From an uncultured Anaerolineales bacterium (GTDB lineage: Bacteria > Chloroflexota > Anaerolineae > B4-G1 > SLSP01), in assembly GCA_964530185.1 (NCBI GenBank), contig CAZHBB010000006.1, positions 1 to 61,520 on the forward strand: a stretch of DNA of 61,520 nt, in the 5' to 3' direction. Each line of letters opens with the position of its first letter. Position 1 is the stretch's first letter. This document shows, one piece after another, positions 44,140-53,718 of the stretch. Position numbers and translations under genes: made by a program. The notes beneath the pieces were generated by a model, which saw only the letters and a program-made list of their open reading frames with translations, did not search any database and was not told the DNA's origin.

Positions 44140-44772
44140 CTACGGCAGCCTCACCTCCTGGCGGTGCACGCGGCAGTGCTCTGCGTGAATGATGCAGAGC
44201 ACCTGGTCCACCGCGTCGTCCAACTGGCAGTCGCGATTGACGACTACATAATCGAAGGCGTCAACCTGCTTCATCTCCTCACGGGCAGTGGCAACGCGCC
44301 GCTCAAGCTGGAGATCCGACTCCGTCTCCCGCCGTTGCAGCCGCTCAATAAGCTCCTCCTCTGAGGTCGCGGTCAGGAAGATAAGCACAGCCCCCGGGAT
44401 CAGACGCCGGATGGTGGCTGCACCCTGGACGTCGAGCCGCAGCACCACATCCTTGCCGCTGTCCAGGGCATCGCGGATCTGTTGCTTGGGAATACCTTTG
44501 TACTGCCCGTACACCACAGCATATTCCAGCAATTCGCCGTCCTGGATCATGCGCTCGAACTCTTCTTTCGAGACGAAGAAGTAATCGACACCGTGCCGTT
44601 CCTCGGGCCTGGGTGGGCGCGATGTGGCCGTCACCACGAAGTGGAACTGGGCTCCCCTGGCCTTCATGCGTTCGACCAGGGAGTCCTTTCCCACCCCCGA
44701 TGGGCCTGAGATCACAATGAGTAACGGTCGCTTTTGAAGCGCACACGTTGCGGCAAAGATATCGTCTTGCAC
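44140..44772 (-). CDS. gmk: Guanylate kinase
   Basis: P-loop 'ISGPSGVGKDSL', 'SATSRPPRPEERHGVDYFFVS' and 'EYAVVYGQYKGIP'. Confidence 0.92.
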   Translation of the reverse strand: MQDDIFAATCALQKRPLLIVISGPSGVGKDSLVERMKARGAQFHFVVTATSRPPRPEERHGVDYFFVSKEEFERMIQDGELLEYAVVYGQYKGIPKQQIRDALDSGKDVVLRLDVQGAATIRRLIPGAVLIFLTATSEEELIERLQRRETESDLQLERRVATAREEMKQVDAFDYVVVNRDCQLDDAVDQVLCIIHAEHCRVHRQEVRLP

Positions 44773-44938
44773 AGGTTTGCTCCCGTCAGCGCTTGTCGTA
44801 TAATTTTATTTGACGCTTCATGGGTTGCCGGTGGTACAAGCGAGTCGGCGTGGCATGGGGTGGTCCGCGATGCCGCGACCAGGCCATGCTCGCCGAGTGC
44901 GCAGCCTACTATACCACAATTGACAGAGGAGACGAAAG

Positions 44939-45361
44939 ATGCCGATCTATGAGTATCGATGCGGGCAATGTGGACGCCGCTTTTCGGTATTCTGGCGCAC
45001 TTTCTCCGAGATAGACGAGAGCAAACTCAGCTGCAAGCGTTGCGGGAGTCGAGAGATCAAGCGGCTGGTCTCCCGGGTGCGTGTGGTGAGGTCAGAGGAT
45101 AGTCGATTGGAGGACCTGGCCGATCCAACGAACTGGGGTGACTTCGACGAGAATGACCCGAAGAGCATGGGCCGTTTCATGCGCAAGATGATGAATGAGC
45201 TCGGCGATGAGACCGGGGACCTGGGGCCAGAGTTTGAGGAGGTCATTGAACGGCTGGAGGCCGGGCAGGACCCGGAGGAGATAGAGAAGGAGATGCCGGA
45301 CCTGATGGGGGAAGGCTCTGACTCCGGTGACTTCTACAGCGGCTCCGACTTCGATGACTGA
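44939..45361 (+). CDS. FmdB-family (CxxC_CxxC_SSSS) zinc-ribbon protein with acidic tail
   Basis: 'MPIYEYRCGQCGRRF...SCKRCGSREIKRLVS' is the family signature. GAGGAG RBS. Confidence 0.85.
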   Translation: MPIYEYRCGQCGRRFSVFWRTFSEIDESKLSCKRCGSREIKRLVSRVRVVRSEDSRLEDLADPTNWGDFDENDPKSMGRFMRKMMNELGDETGDLGPEFEEVIERLEAGQDPEEIEKEMPDLMGEGSDSGDFYSGSDFDD

Positions 45362-45466
45362 GGCTGAGGTGTAGGGCGATCTATCCTGATACATGCGCTG
45401 GTCCACAACCCAAGAACCAGGACCTGATGGGCTATGGCCTGTCAGGTCTATCTTTGAGGAGGTAGA

Positions 45467-46288
45467 ATGACACAAAAGGGAGAGCAGGGGCTTGCAGGGC
45501 GTTGGGCGTTGATCCTTGGCGCGTCCAGTGGGTTTGGCGCGGCGGCCGCGCGGGCGTTAGCGCGGGCCGGGATGAATATCTTCGGCGTGCATCTGGACCC
45601 GCGCCGCACGCTGGATCGGGCGCGGCAGGTCATAGCCGACGTGGAGGCGGCCGGGGGACGTGCGGTCTTCTTCAACACCAACGCGGCCGATGCTCGACGC
45701 CGCGCCAGGGTCATCGCCTCTATCTCGGAGGTGTTGGCCGACGACCCGTTTGGTTGCGTACATCTTATGGTGCACACACTGGCCTTTGGTAGCCTGCGTC
45801 AGTATGTACCCGAGGACCCTGAGGAAGCGGTAACCGAGAGTCAGATGGAGATGACGCTGCGGGTGATGGCACATAGCCTGGTGTACTGGGTGCAGGACCT
45901 GGTGTGGGCGGACCTCCTGCAGCGCGGCAGCCGCGTCTACGCCATGACCAGCATAGGATCCCAGCGCGCCTCCTCGCATTACGGGCCGGTCTCCGCAGCC
46001 AAAGCGGCGTTGGAGGCGCACGCCCGCCAACTGGCGGTTGAGCTTGCGCCGCGCGGGGTTCTGGTCAACTGTCTGATGCCCGGCGTGACCGACACGCCTG
46101 CGCTGCGCGCCATCCCAGGACACGAGCAGATCATGGCCCAGGCACAACGCTACCATCCGGCGGGACGCCTGACCACGCCGGAGGACGTGGCACAGACGCT
46201 GGTGGTGCTGGCTGACCCCCGGTTGACCTGGATCTCGGGGGCGGTGATTCCGGTGGACGGCGGCGAGTCGGTGGTCGCCGCCGGGTGA
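45467..46288 (+). CDS. Short-chain dehydrogenase/reductase (enoyl-ACP-reductase-like SDR)
   Basis: 'ALILGASSGFGAAAARALA' is the Rossmann motif. 'SSHYGPVSAAKAAL' is the YxxxK motif. 'VNCLMPGVTDTPA' is also present. Confidence 0.8.
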   Translation: MTQKGEQGLAGRWALILGASSGFGAAAARALARAGMNIFGVHLDPRRTLDRARQVIADVEAAGGRAVFFNTNAADARRRARVIASISEVLADDPFGCVHLMVHTLAFGSLRQYVPEDPEEAVTESQMEMTLRVMAHSLVYWVQDLVWADLLQRGSRVYAMTSIGSQRASSHYGPVSAAKAALEAHARQLAVELAPRGVLVNCLMPGVTDTPALRAIPGHEQIMAQAQRYHPAGRLTTPEDVAQTLVVLADPRLTWISGAVIPVDGGESVVAAG

Positions 46289-46405
46289 GGCGGGACCAGG
46301 ATCGGATCGAGGTATGCGCCCACGCATCGAGGTCCAGACCCCGGTGCGTGGGCGCTCCAGGATGTCGGAGCAGAGGTTCTGAGATCAACCGAGCTGCCCG
46401 ATGCC

Positions 46406-47055
46406 CTATTCCCCCAGTTGATAGCCGCTCGTCTCCCATGCCCCTCTCATCACCGGGTTCAGCCTGAGATAGGCGTCGACCATCGGCTTCGGCACGTGGT
46501 TGAGTGGGCAGGAAAAGTTGACGCAGCGGCGGCAATAGTGGTGCGTCAGCACCAGGACGAACTGTGCTGCGGCCAGGAGTGTCGCCCCTGTGATCCCAAT
46601 CATCCCCAGCAGTGCATACCGTCCGAACTGCGATGGGGTGGCTGCCATGGCCCAGATGCCATGACCCTCGACGATCACCGGGAAAGCCACCAGGAACGAG
46701 AAAAACGTCAGGAGGATTACCTTCTCCCAACGCAGCATCGGCTCCGGTCGTATCGCCAGAGCTTGGGTGAGCCGGTCAGGGCCCAGCAGTGCAGCACCTT
46801 CCCCTCCTCAGCCCAGTATGGGCAGTGAGAGCACAGCACCCGTGTCTCGAGTCCCAGACCCCACAGGACCACGCAGGCCGCGATGAAGGTGATCAACGGC
46901 CGCCATGCCCCAGTTGCCGAGCCAACCAGCGCCAGGCCGAAACAGGCCAGCACGCGTGACGGGATCTGGTTCAGTGCGAAGAATCGAAACTCGCCGGGAT
47001 CGAACCTGCACCCCAGTCTCCAGCGCAGCTCACACTGCGCACCTGGTCTCGTCAT
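46406..47055 (-). pseudogene. Cys-rich polytopic membrane protein split by an apparent 1-nt frameshift
   Basis: ORFs 46717-47055 and 46406-46738 overlap on the same strand. Re-reading one base near 46744-46750 gives a continuous '...GSPKLWRY|RPEPMLRWEKVILL...'. Cys motifs 'CSHCPYW' and 'YCRRCVNFSCPLN' lie on the two halves. Confidence 0.5.
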
Positions 47056-47105
47056 CCCACGTACAGACCAACGGTCCTGCTGTGCTATTCATGGATCCGT
47101 CGCCA

Positions 47106-47987
47106 CTACTCGATCTCAAAGGGCAGCTCGGCGAAGACCTCCTGTGGCGCGTAGGCGACCCCTACCATGCTGGGACCTGTGTGGGCCCCCAATACGAGGG
47201 AAATGTAGCCCTCTGCGAGCCATGTACACTCGAAGTGCGCAGTGATCTCCTCTCGTAACAGTGTGGCACCCTCTGGGTTGAATGCGTGTAGGATCTGGAC
47301 CCGCAGGGCGCTACCAGGGGGATACTGCTTGGCGATCAGATCGACCAGCCCTCTTATCGCCCGCTTGAAGGACCGCGCTTGCCCCCGTTGCACGTAAGTC
47401 CCTCTTTCCTTCTCCACCCCTATCAGGGGTTTGATGTTCAACAGCGAAGCGATCAGCCCTTTCATATGGCTGATGCGTCCACCGTGGATCAGGTATTTCA
47501 GCTCTGACAGGGTGTAGAGACTGTCGCTGGCGTCCCCAATGCGTTGCGTCAGGGCGATGATCTCCTCCTTCGACCAGCCGGCTTTCGCTGCCATGGCAGC
47601 GGCTTTTACCTGCCAGCCGGCTGCAGCCGAAAGGGTTTTGGTGTCGATGACCGTGATGTTGGCCTCTGGCACCATCGCAACCGCTGCTCGGGCAGAGTTG
47701 ACCGTTCCGCTCAGGCCCGACGACAAGTGAATGGACAGGATCTCTGGATCGGTCTCGGCCAGTTGCCGGTAGAGCTCTGCGAACTCCCCTGCCGAGGGTT
47801 GCGATGTAGTGGGAAGGCTCGTCGTTGCCGCCAGTAGACGGTAGAATTCTTTTTGGTGGATATCCACACCTTCACGGTAGGAACGGCCCTCCAGGGTCAC
47901 AACGAGGGGCACCACATGGATGTTTAGCTCGGCTATGCGTTCGGGTGACAGACATAGATCCGTCCCACTGTCGGTCACAATCTGCAT
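47106..47987 (-). CDS. DegV-family fatty-acid-binding protein
   Basis: 'MQIVTDSGTDL...' and 'IHLSSGLSGT' are DegV hallmarks. The start was set to the ATG at 47987 (GGGAGAAG RBS). Confidence 0.88.
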   Translation of the reverse strand: MQIVTDSGTDLCLSPERIAELNIHVVPLVVTLEGRSYREGVDIHQKEFYRLLAATTSLPTTSQPSAGEFAELYRQLAETDPEILSIHLSSGLSGTVNSARAAVAMVPEANITVIDTKTLSAAAGWQVKAAAMAAKAGWSKEEIIALTQRIGDASDSLYTLSELKYLIHGGRISHMKGLIASLLNIKPLIGVEKERGTYVQRGQARSFKRAIRGLVDLIAKQYPPGSALRVQILHAFNPEGATLLREEITAHFECTWLAEGYISLVLGAHTGPSMVGVAYAPQEVFAELPFEIE

Positions 47988-48395
47988 CTTCTTCTCCCTC
48001 CTGTTCCATGTCGTCCATCTCTTCCCGCCTGGCAACTGGGAGCACAGGTTGGTGAGGGGGCGGGCGGGTTTCAACCCTTCACCGCATCACATGTTCGGGA
48101 GGACGTGCGTCGTGGTTAATCCTGAATTACTATAGCACCGGCTTTCCCATTGCCAACCTGTAAGAGAGGTGGCCAGGTGCTGTTAGGGTGGGACTCAAAG
48201 GGGTTCCCGTGGGTTGGTTCTACGGCATCATAGCGTCGGCCGGCATGTGAATCATTCTGAGTGAAGCCCAACCTTTGTAGGCTACCTCTCTCTCCCTTAC
48301 TCTGACCTGCAAATGGGGGTAGGAGAGCTTGCGGTGTCCTTCGTGGTATGACCATCGGCTCGTGAGAGTTGTGGGCGATTGCACTCTTCGTATAA

Positions 48396-48423
48396 TTGAC
48401 TTTATCGATGGCTATGTTACAAT
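48396..48423 (+). promoter_or_regulatory. Sigma-70-like promoter upstream of rpsA (TTGACT-16-TACAAT)
   Basis: The hexamers are at 48396-48401 and 48418-48423, about 80 nt upstream of the GTG at 48501. Confidence 0.45.
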
Positions 48424-48500
48424 GTTTGCAGTCTATTTAACCCGTCCAAGTTGCATGTGTCGCTTGCTTGTGCAATACTGGATGGAATAGGAGTTGGATT

Positions 48501-50015
48501 GTGGAAGAATTGAATCATGCCTCTGGGCCATCCGAGCCCCCTGTGCTCCAGGATGAATCGCCGGCAGATGCCGGTGCTGCCTCCTGGGAAGATCAACTAG
48601 AAGAATCGCTGTCAGCGGGTACACTCAGACGCGGCGAGCTGCGTGAAGGTGTCATCATCGAATGCCGTGAGGACGGCTTCCTGGTGGGCATCGGCGCCAA
48701 GCGGGACGGGTTCGTCCCCATCGAGGATCTCCAGAAGGTTGAGGATCGAGAGTTCAACGTGGGTGATACAGTGCCTGTGGTCGTGACCCGGTTTCGGGAT
48801 TCCGAGGGGAATGTCGAGCTGTCGATCTCCGAGGCCATCTTGCAGGAGGATTGGCTGACGGCCGAGAAACTCCTGGAGGATCAGAGTGTCTATGAGACCG
48901 TCGTCACGGGGGCCAATCGCGGCGGCCTGACAGTGGAGTTTGGCCGACTACGTGGCTTTGTGCCCATGTCTCAGTTGATCGGTTTCAATCAGATCCGCCA
49001 ACCCGCTGAGCGGCAGCGTCGACTGCGGGGTATGGTGGGTCAGCAGATCATGGTCAAGGTGATTGAGGTCAATCGTCGTCGCCGCCGTTTGATCCTCTCG
49101 CAACGCGCGGCTGCCCGTGAATGGCGTGCGGCACGGCGCGAGAAACTGCTGGCTGAGCTGGAACCCGGACAGGTACGTCGGGGACGGATCAGCCAGGTGG
49201 TGGATTTCGGGCTGTTTGTCAACCTGGGTGGGATTGACGGTCTGGTTCACATCTCTGAACTCTCCTGGGGACGGATCGATCATCCGCGAGAGATCTACGC
49301 GCCGGGTCAGCGTATCAAAGTGAAGGTCCTCGATGTGGATCGAGAGCGCGAACGCATCGCTCTGAGTATCAAGGCACTGACGCCAGATCCCTGGGACAGC
49401 GTCGCCGAACGCTATCCTGTGGGCTCACTGACTGAGGGGCGTGTGACCCAGGTGGTAGATTTTGGGGTATTCATTGAGCTGGAGCCCGGAGTCGAGGGCT
49501 TGCTCCATAACAGCGAGTTGCGCGATGTCGCTCAACGTGAGGAGTTGCAGTCTGGGGAGACAGTCCTGGTCAAGATCATCCGGGTGGAGCCGGATCGCCG
49601 TCGGGTGGGGTTGAGCGTGCGCCAGGTCACCACCGAGGAGTGGGAGAACTGGGTTCTGGCCCGCATCGAGCAGGCCGAGGAAGCTCAGAAAGCGGCAGAG
49701 GAAGCTCAAGCGGCAGAAGCTGAAGCGGCAGCGCCCCAGGTTGAGCCGACATCTGAGTCCGAGCCAGAGGCAGAGGCGGCAGAGGCCCCTGCCGTGACGG
49801 AGGGAGCCCCAGCCGAGGCCCCTGAGGCTGAAGCAGCAGGTGGAGAGAGTGGTGAAGTGGCGTCCGTCGAGGCTGGAGATAAGACCGAGGGCGAAGAGCC
49901 ACAGGTCTCTGAGGCTGGCGAGGGTGATGAGGAGAGCGTTGAGGCGTCATCCGCCGCAGCCGAGGATACGGCCCCGGAGCCTACTGAGCCCCCAGAGCAG
50001 GAAGAGGCTGTTTGA
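48501..50015 (+). CDS. rpsA: 30S ribosomal protein S1 (four S1 repeats) with Ala/Glu-rich C-terminal extension
   Basis: Repeated S1 motifs, for example 'GRISQVVDFGLFVNLGGIDGLVHISELS' and 'GRVTQVVDFGVFIELEPGVEGLLHNSEL'. The GTG at 48501 lies 7 nt after TAGGAG and is preferred to the track start at 48468. The tail is 'AEEAQKAAEEAQAAEAEAAAPQ...'. Confidence 0.88.
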   Translation: MEELNHASGPSEPPVLQDESPADAGAASWEDQLEESLSAGTLRRGELREGVIIECREDGFLVGIGAKRDGFVPIEDLQKVEDREFNVGDTVPVVVTRFRDSEGNVELSISEAILQEDWLTAEKLLEDQSVYETVVTGANRGGLTVEFGRLRGFVPMSQLIGFNQIRQPAERQRRLRGMVGQQIMVKVIEVNRRRRRLILSQRAAAREWRAARREKLLAELEPGQVRRGRISQVVDFGLFVNLGGIDGLVHISELSWGRIDHPREIYAPGQRIKVKVLDVDRERERIALSIKALTPDPWDSVAERYPVGSLTEGRVTQVVDFGVFIELEPGVEGLLHNSELRDVAQREELQSGETVLVKIIRVEPDRRRVGLSVRQVTTEEWENWVLARIEQAEEAQKAAEEAQAAEAEAAAPQVEPTSESEPEAEAAEAPAVTEGAPAEAPEAEAAGGESGEVASVEAGDKTEGEEPQVSEAGEGDEESVEASSAAAEDTAPEPTEPPEQEEAV

Positions 50016-50033
50016 GAGAGTTGGAAAGGGTTT

Positions 50034-50294
50034 ATGAGCGCCAAAAAAGAAGAGAAGATCGTCGTCGAGGGTACGGTTACTGAAGCATTGCCAGGTACGC
50101 AGTTTCGTGTGCGGCTGGATACAGGCCATGAGGTTATTGCGTACCTTTCTGGAAAGATGCGGAAGTATTACATCCGCATCCTGCTGGGGGACCGTGTGCG
50201 GCTTGAGCTTTCGCCGTATGACCTGACGCGCGGGCGTATTGTCTATCGCTATAAGAAACAGCGGCCGGCACCTGTCGAGGGCAGTAACGCCTGA
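50034..50294 (+). CDS. infA: Translation initiation factor IF-1
   Basis: '[64 protein letters not shown]' is near-canonical IF-1, followed by a 12-aa extension. Confidence 0.95.
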   Translation: MSAKKEEKIVVEGTVTEALPGTQFRVRLDTGHEVIAYLSGKMRKYYIRILLGDRVRLELSPYDLTRGRIVYRYKKQRPAPVEGSNA

Positions 50295-50322
50295 GCGTGG
50301 CTGTTATGGCCGGATCTCAGAC

Positions 50323-50359
50323 GGGGCACCACCGTGGGTGGCTGCCCTGTTTGTTTTTT
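50323..50359 (+). terminator. Rho-independent terminator after infA
   Basis: GGGGCACCACC-gtg-GGTGGCTGCCC (one bulge), followed by TGTTTGTTTTTT. Confidence 0.75.
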
Positions 50360-50394
50360 CTGGGCCCAGGGTCAGGCCGCAGTTACCCGCCGGG

Positions 50395-51597
50395 TTACCC
50401 TTGGGGGGATATCCTCTGAATGAGTCCTGCTGCCACGTTGAAAATCGTGGCTTGATCCCGGTAGGAATGAGGGACCAGCTCGACATCGGTGGTCGCCAGG
50501 ATGGTCTGTTCAATGCCCTGCAAGGCCTGTAGTAGATAGCTCCGCCGGGCGTGATCCAGTTCAGCCAGCACCTCGTCCAACAGTAGCACCGGGGATTCGC
50601 CCGTGATCTGCTGGAGCCATGCCAGCTCAGCCAGGTGAAGCGCCAGTACAGCCGTGCGTTGCTGTCCACGCGAACCGTAGATGCCCAGGTCCCGGCCGTT
50701 GGAGATGAAGCGGACCTCGTCCCGATGGGGCCCCACCAGCGTCACGCCGCGCGTGATCTCCCTTGGGCGCGTCTCCAGCAGCCGCTGACGGTAAGCCTCG
50801 TAGAGAGCCTCAATGTCCACGGCGGGTGCACCCAGAGCCTCCCCCTGGCCGTTCTCAAATTGGTGGACCTCATCGAGATTAGGCCGGTATTCCAGTTTGA
50901 GCCAGGCCTCGTCTCCCGTCAGTTCCCGATGGAGCCGGTCGATGGTGGGCTCCATCGCCTCGATGAGGCGCTTTCGATACAGTGAGATCGTCACGCCGGC
51001 GCGCACCAGGCGTTCCTCGTAGGGGATGAGTTGGCGCGGGTCGCCTCCATGGTCGCGCAGATGGCGCAGCAGGGCGTTTCTGCGTGCCATGGCCTGACTA
51101 TAGATGGTGTGTACCTCCGCGTAGGTGGGGTGGGCCTGTGCCAGCAGGCCATTCAGATAGCGCCGTCGCTCGGCGGGTGGGCCATAAACCAGGGACAGAT
51201 CCTGGGGCAGGAAGAGCACCACATTGAGCCGCCCTGTGAACTCGGCCCTCCGCACGTTGCGCTGACCGATGCGGAAGCGTTTCTCCAGTCGTTCCTGCCC
51301 GTTGGCCAGCATGCGGCGCTCCAGGGCGATCGTCAGAGTCTCTATCTCCCCACCTCGGACGATCTCGGCCTGTAGGTGGGCGTAGGGCATGGCGGATTCT
51401 GTCGCGGCCCAATGGATCACTTGGCGATCGGTGCTCGTCAACGGTGAGGCGCCCAGGGATAGAAAAGCGATGGCCTCCAGGAGGCTGGTCTTGCCCTGGG
51501 CGTTGGCGCCCAGGAGCAGGATCGAGGCCGCCGGGAGGTCGAGTTCGAGTCGGCTGTAGGTGCGGAACTGGCGCAGACTTAGGCTCTTGATGTACAT
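50395..51597 (-). CDS. recF: DNA replication and repair protein RecF
   Basis: 'MYIKSLSLRQFRTYSRLELDL...LLLGANAQGKTSLLEAI' contains the Walker A. The signature is 'GSRGQQRTAVLALHLAE' and the Walker B is 'VLLLDEVLAELD'. Confidence 0.92.
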   Translation of the reverse strand: MYIKSLSLRQFRTYSRLELDLPAASILLLGANAQGKTSLLEAIAFLSLGASPLTSTDRQVIHWAATESAMPYAHLQAEIVRGGEIETLTIALERRMLANGQERLEKRFRIGQRNVRRAEFTGRLNVVLFLPQDLSLVYGPPAERRRYLNGLLAQAHPTYAEVHTIYSQAMARRNALLRHLRDHGGDPRQLIPYEERLVRAGVTISLYRKRLIEAMEPTIDRLHRELTGDEAWLKLEYRPNLDEVHQFENGQGEALGAPAVDIEALYEAYRQRLLETRPREITRGVTLVGPHRDEVRFISNGRDLGIYGSRGQQRTAVLALHLAELAWLQQITGESPVLLLDEVLAELDHARRSYLLQALQGIEQTILATTDVELVPHSYRDQATIFNVAAGLIQRISPQG

Positions 51598-51606
51598 CGC
51601 GATGTC

Positions 51607-51634
51607 ATTCTAACATGTCTGAGGGTGGACTCAA
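51607..51634 (-). promoter_or_regulatory. Sigma-70-like promoter abutting the recF start (TTGAGT-16-TGtTAGAAT)
   Basis: On the minus strand, TAGAAT is the reverse complement of 51607-51612 and has an upstream TG. TTGAGT is the reverse complement of 51629-51634. Only 9 nt separate the -10 element from the recF ATG, and there is no SD. Confidence 0.4.
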
Positions 51635-51870
51635 GCCTTGGAGTAAGCGTGAGTTGCAGAAGATCGGTGGGCTGCCGGAGACGGGAACCTATCCGCGATT
51701 CTCTGCCAGGGGTGATTTTTGCCTAGCTCGACGCTCGGCCCGAGCCTGACCAACCAGCCCGACGATGTCAGCCAGGCAAGTGCAAAGCCTACGACGGTGA
51801 TCCATTGGACCAGGAGCTACTTGCCCAGGGGATTGGGATGATCGTATTTCCACCCCAGGGGAAGGTGAGG

Positions 51871-52752
51871 CTATCCCGCCCCTGCGACGTCGATGATCTG
51901 CACTTGGAGTACCCGGTCCCTTCCAGCGAGATCCTGATGGACGCTGATGTGCACGGGGCCGTGGGGCCCGAATATCTCACGTGCCAGCCGGACCACCGCC
52001 GGGCCCTGGTGCTCTCCGATCTCGACCAATAGACAGCCACCGGGGGCCAGGCGCGTTCGAGCCTGGGTCAGGAGGCGGCGGATCACGTCCAGGCCCTCTG
52101 GCCCGCCCCGCAGAGCCAGCGCCGGTTCGTGCCGCACCGAGGGTGGCAGGTGGCGCCACTCCGCGTCGGCGACATAGGGTGGGTTGCTCACGATGAGGTC
52201 GATGGGGCCGCGCAGCGCCTGTAGCAGGTCTGTACGGATCAGGTGTATCCGATCCCTGACACTGTGCCGTTGGGCGTTTCGGTGAGCCACACGGAGCGCA
52301 TCGATAGAGAGATCAGTCGCCAGCAGCGACAGGTGAGGGAGGGTCACCGCCAGGGCGATGGCGATGCAGCCGGAGCCGGTGCCCACATCGAGCACGGTCT
52401 GCGGTCTCCGCTGCCGGGCCCAGGCCAGCGCCATCTCCACCAACGTCTCGGTCTCTGGGCGAGGGATGAGGGCCTCGGGTGCGACGTAGAGATCAAGCCC
52501 AAAGAACTCGATGTGCCCCAGGATGTAGGGGAGTGGAACCCCGGCCGCACGTCGCAGCACATGGTCGGTGAAGGTCCGTTGCTCTTCGGGGGCTAGGCTG
52601 CGCTCGGGGTGGGCGATGAGGAAGGCCCTGGGAAACCCCAATATCTCAGCCAGGATGCGTTCGGTCTCCAGTTGGGGCCGGTCGGTGACGGCTCTCAGCA
52701 TGGATCTGGCCCACGCCAAGGCGTTACCTATGTCGCTGAGTCTCTCCGACAT
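51871..52752 (-). CDS. prmC: Release-factor glutamine N5-methyltransferase PrmC/HemK
   Basis: 'VLDVGTGSGCIAIALA' is the SAM motif. 'DLIVSNPPYV' contains the NPPY catalytic motif. Confidence 0.9.
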   Translation of the reverse strand: MSERLSDIGNALAWARSMLRAVTDRPQLETERILAEILGFPRAFLIAHPERSLAPEEQRTFTDHVLRRAAGVPLPYILGHIEFFGLDLYVAPEALIPRPETETLVEMALAWARQRRPQTVLDVGTGSGCIAIALAVTLPHLSLLATDLSIDALRVAHRNAQRHSVRDRIHLIRTDLLQALRGPIDLIVSNPPYVADAEWRHLPPSVRHEPALALRGGPEGLDVIRRLLTQARTRLAPGGCLLVEIGEHQGPAVVRLAREIFGPHGPVHISVHQDLAGRDRVLQVQIIDVAGAG

Positions 52753-52800
52753 CGTCCGTTCAGGTCCTGCCGGGCGTGGGCCACCACGGCTTGGAGCTGC

Positions 52801-53715
52801 TCACTCCCATAGACGACAGAAACGACACAGTCTGGCAGCCGTAGTGGGTTGCCCGCAGCGTTCGCAGGGATGCAGCTCCACCCGTTGCGCCTCCGCATTG
52901 CATAACAGCCCCTCCTCCTTGGCACGCAGGAAGTTCACGTAGAATTGGAGCTTGGTGCCCGGCGACTTGTGCTCCATCTCCGTGAGGGTCTCTTTGTGGG
53001 TGATGCTCGTAGCACCTTTGGCAAAGGGACACTCCTCGTAGATGTAATCGATGCCGGTGAGCAGAGCGTAGGCCGCGGTCTCGCGCTCATAGAGGCGGGC
53101 AAACGGCTTCACCTTGCGCGCCAGTCCTTCCCCGTCAGCGGGGAGGATGGGACCCTGGCGCTGAAGGTAGCCCACGTGCCAGTGCAGCACGTTACCGAAC
53201 AGGGTAGCCGCTTCGTCGTCCAGGTTGTGGCCGGTGGCCAGGACGTCGTAGCCCTCGCTGAGCGCCACGCGGTTCATCTCGTGTCGCTTGATCACCCCAC
53301 AAATGGCGCATGGACGCCGCATGTGGTGCTTACGTCTGGCGACCTCGGGAACACTCTCACCGTAAGTCCCTGGGATGTCTACGATATGCAGGTTCGCCTT
53401 GGGGTGGTTGTGGTGAAAGGCAAGCACTTTCTCTTTGGAGCGGCTGGAGTATCCGAAGCCCCCGTCGATGCCCAGGTCGATGTACAGGCCGTCGGCGTGG
53501 TAACCTAGCTTGAGCAGCACGTCCCATAGCGCCAGGCTGTCCTTGCCGCCTGAGACGGCGACCAGGATGCGCTCCTCGGGGGTAAACATGCGATACTTGT
53601 GGATTGTGCGCTCGGTCTGCTTGATGAACCAGGGGATGTAGTGCTCGGCGCACAGGGACAGCTTGTGGTGCCGCATGTTGATGACCGCGGGCTGGCCGCA
53701 GATTCGACAGCGCAT
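52801..53715 (-). CDS. ttuA: tRNA 2-thiolation PP-loop ATPase, TtuA/TtcA family (TIGR00269-like)
   Basis: N-terminal Zn finger 'CRICGQPA...CAEH', PP-loop 'VAVSGGKDS', cluster cysteines 'CAICGVIKR' and 'EECPFA', and a C-terminal Zn finger 'CERCGQPTTAARLCRFC'. It lies directly downstream of a ThiS-like GG protein. Confidence 0.8.
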   Translation of the reverse strand: MRCRICGQPAVINMRHHKLSLCAEHYIPWFIKQTERTIHKYRMFTPEERILVAVSGGKDSLALWDVLLKLGYHADGLYIDLGIDGGFGYSSRSKEKVLAFHHNHPKANLHIVDIPGTYGESVPEVARRKHHMRRPCAICGVIKRHEMNRVALSEGYDVLATGHNLDDEAATLFGNVLHWHVGYLQRQGPILPADGEGLARKVKPFARLYERETAAYALLTGIDYIYEECPFAKGATSITHKETLTEMEHKSPGTKLQFYVNFLRAKEEGLLCNAEAQRVELHPCERCGQPTTAARLCRFCRLWE

Positions 53716-53718
53716 GAG

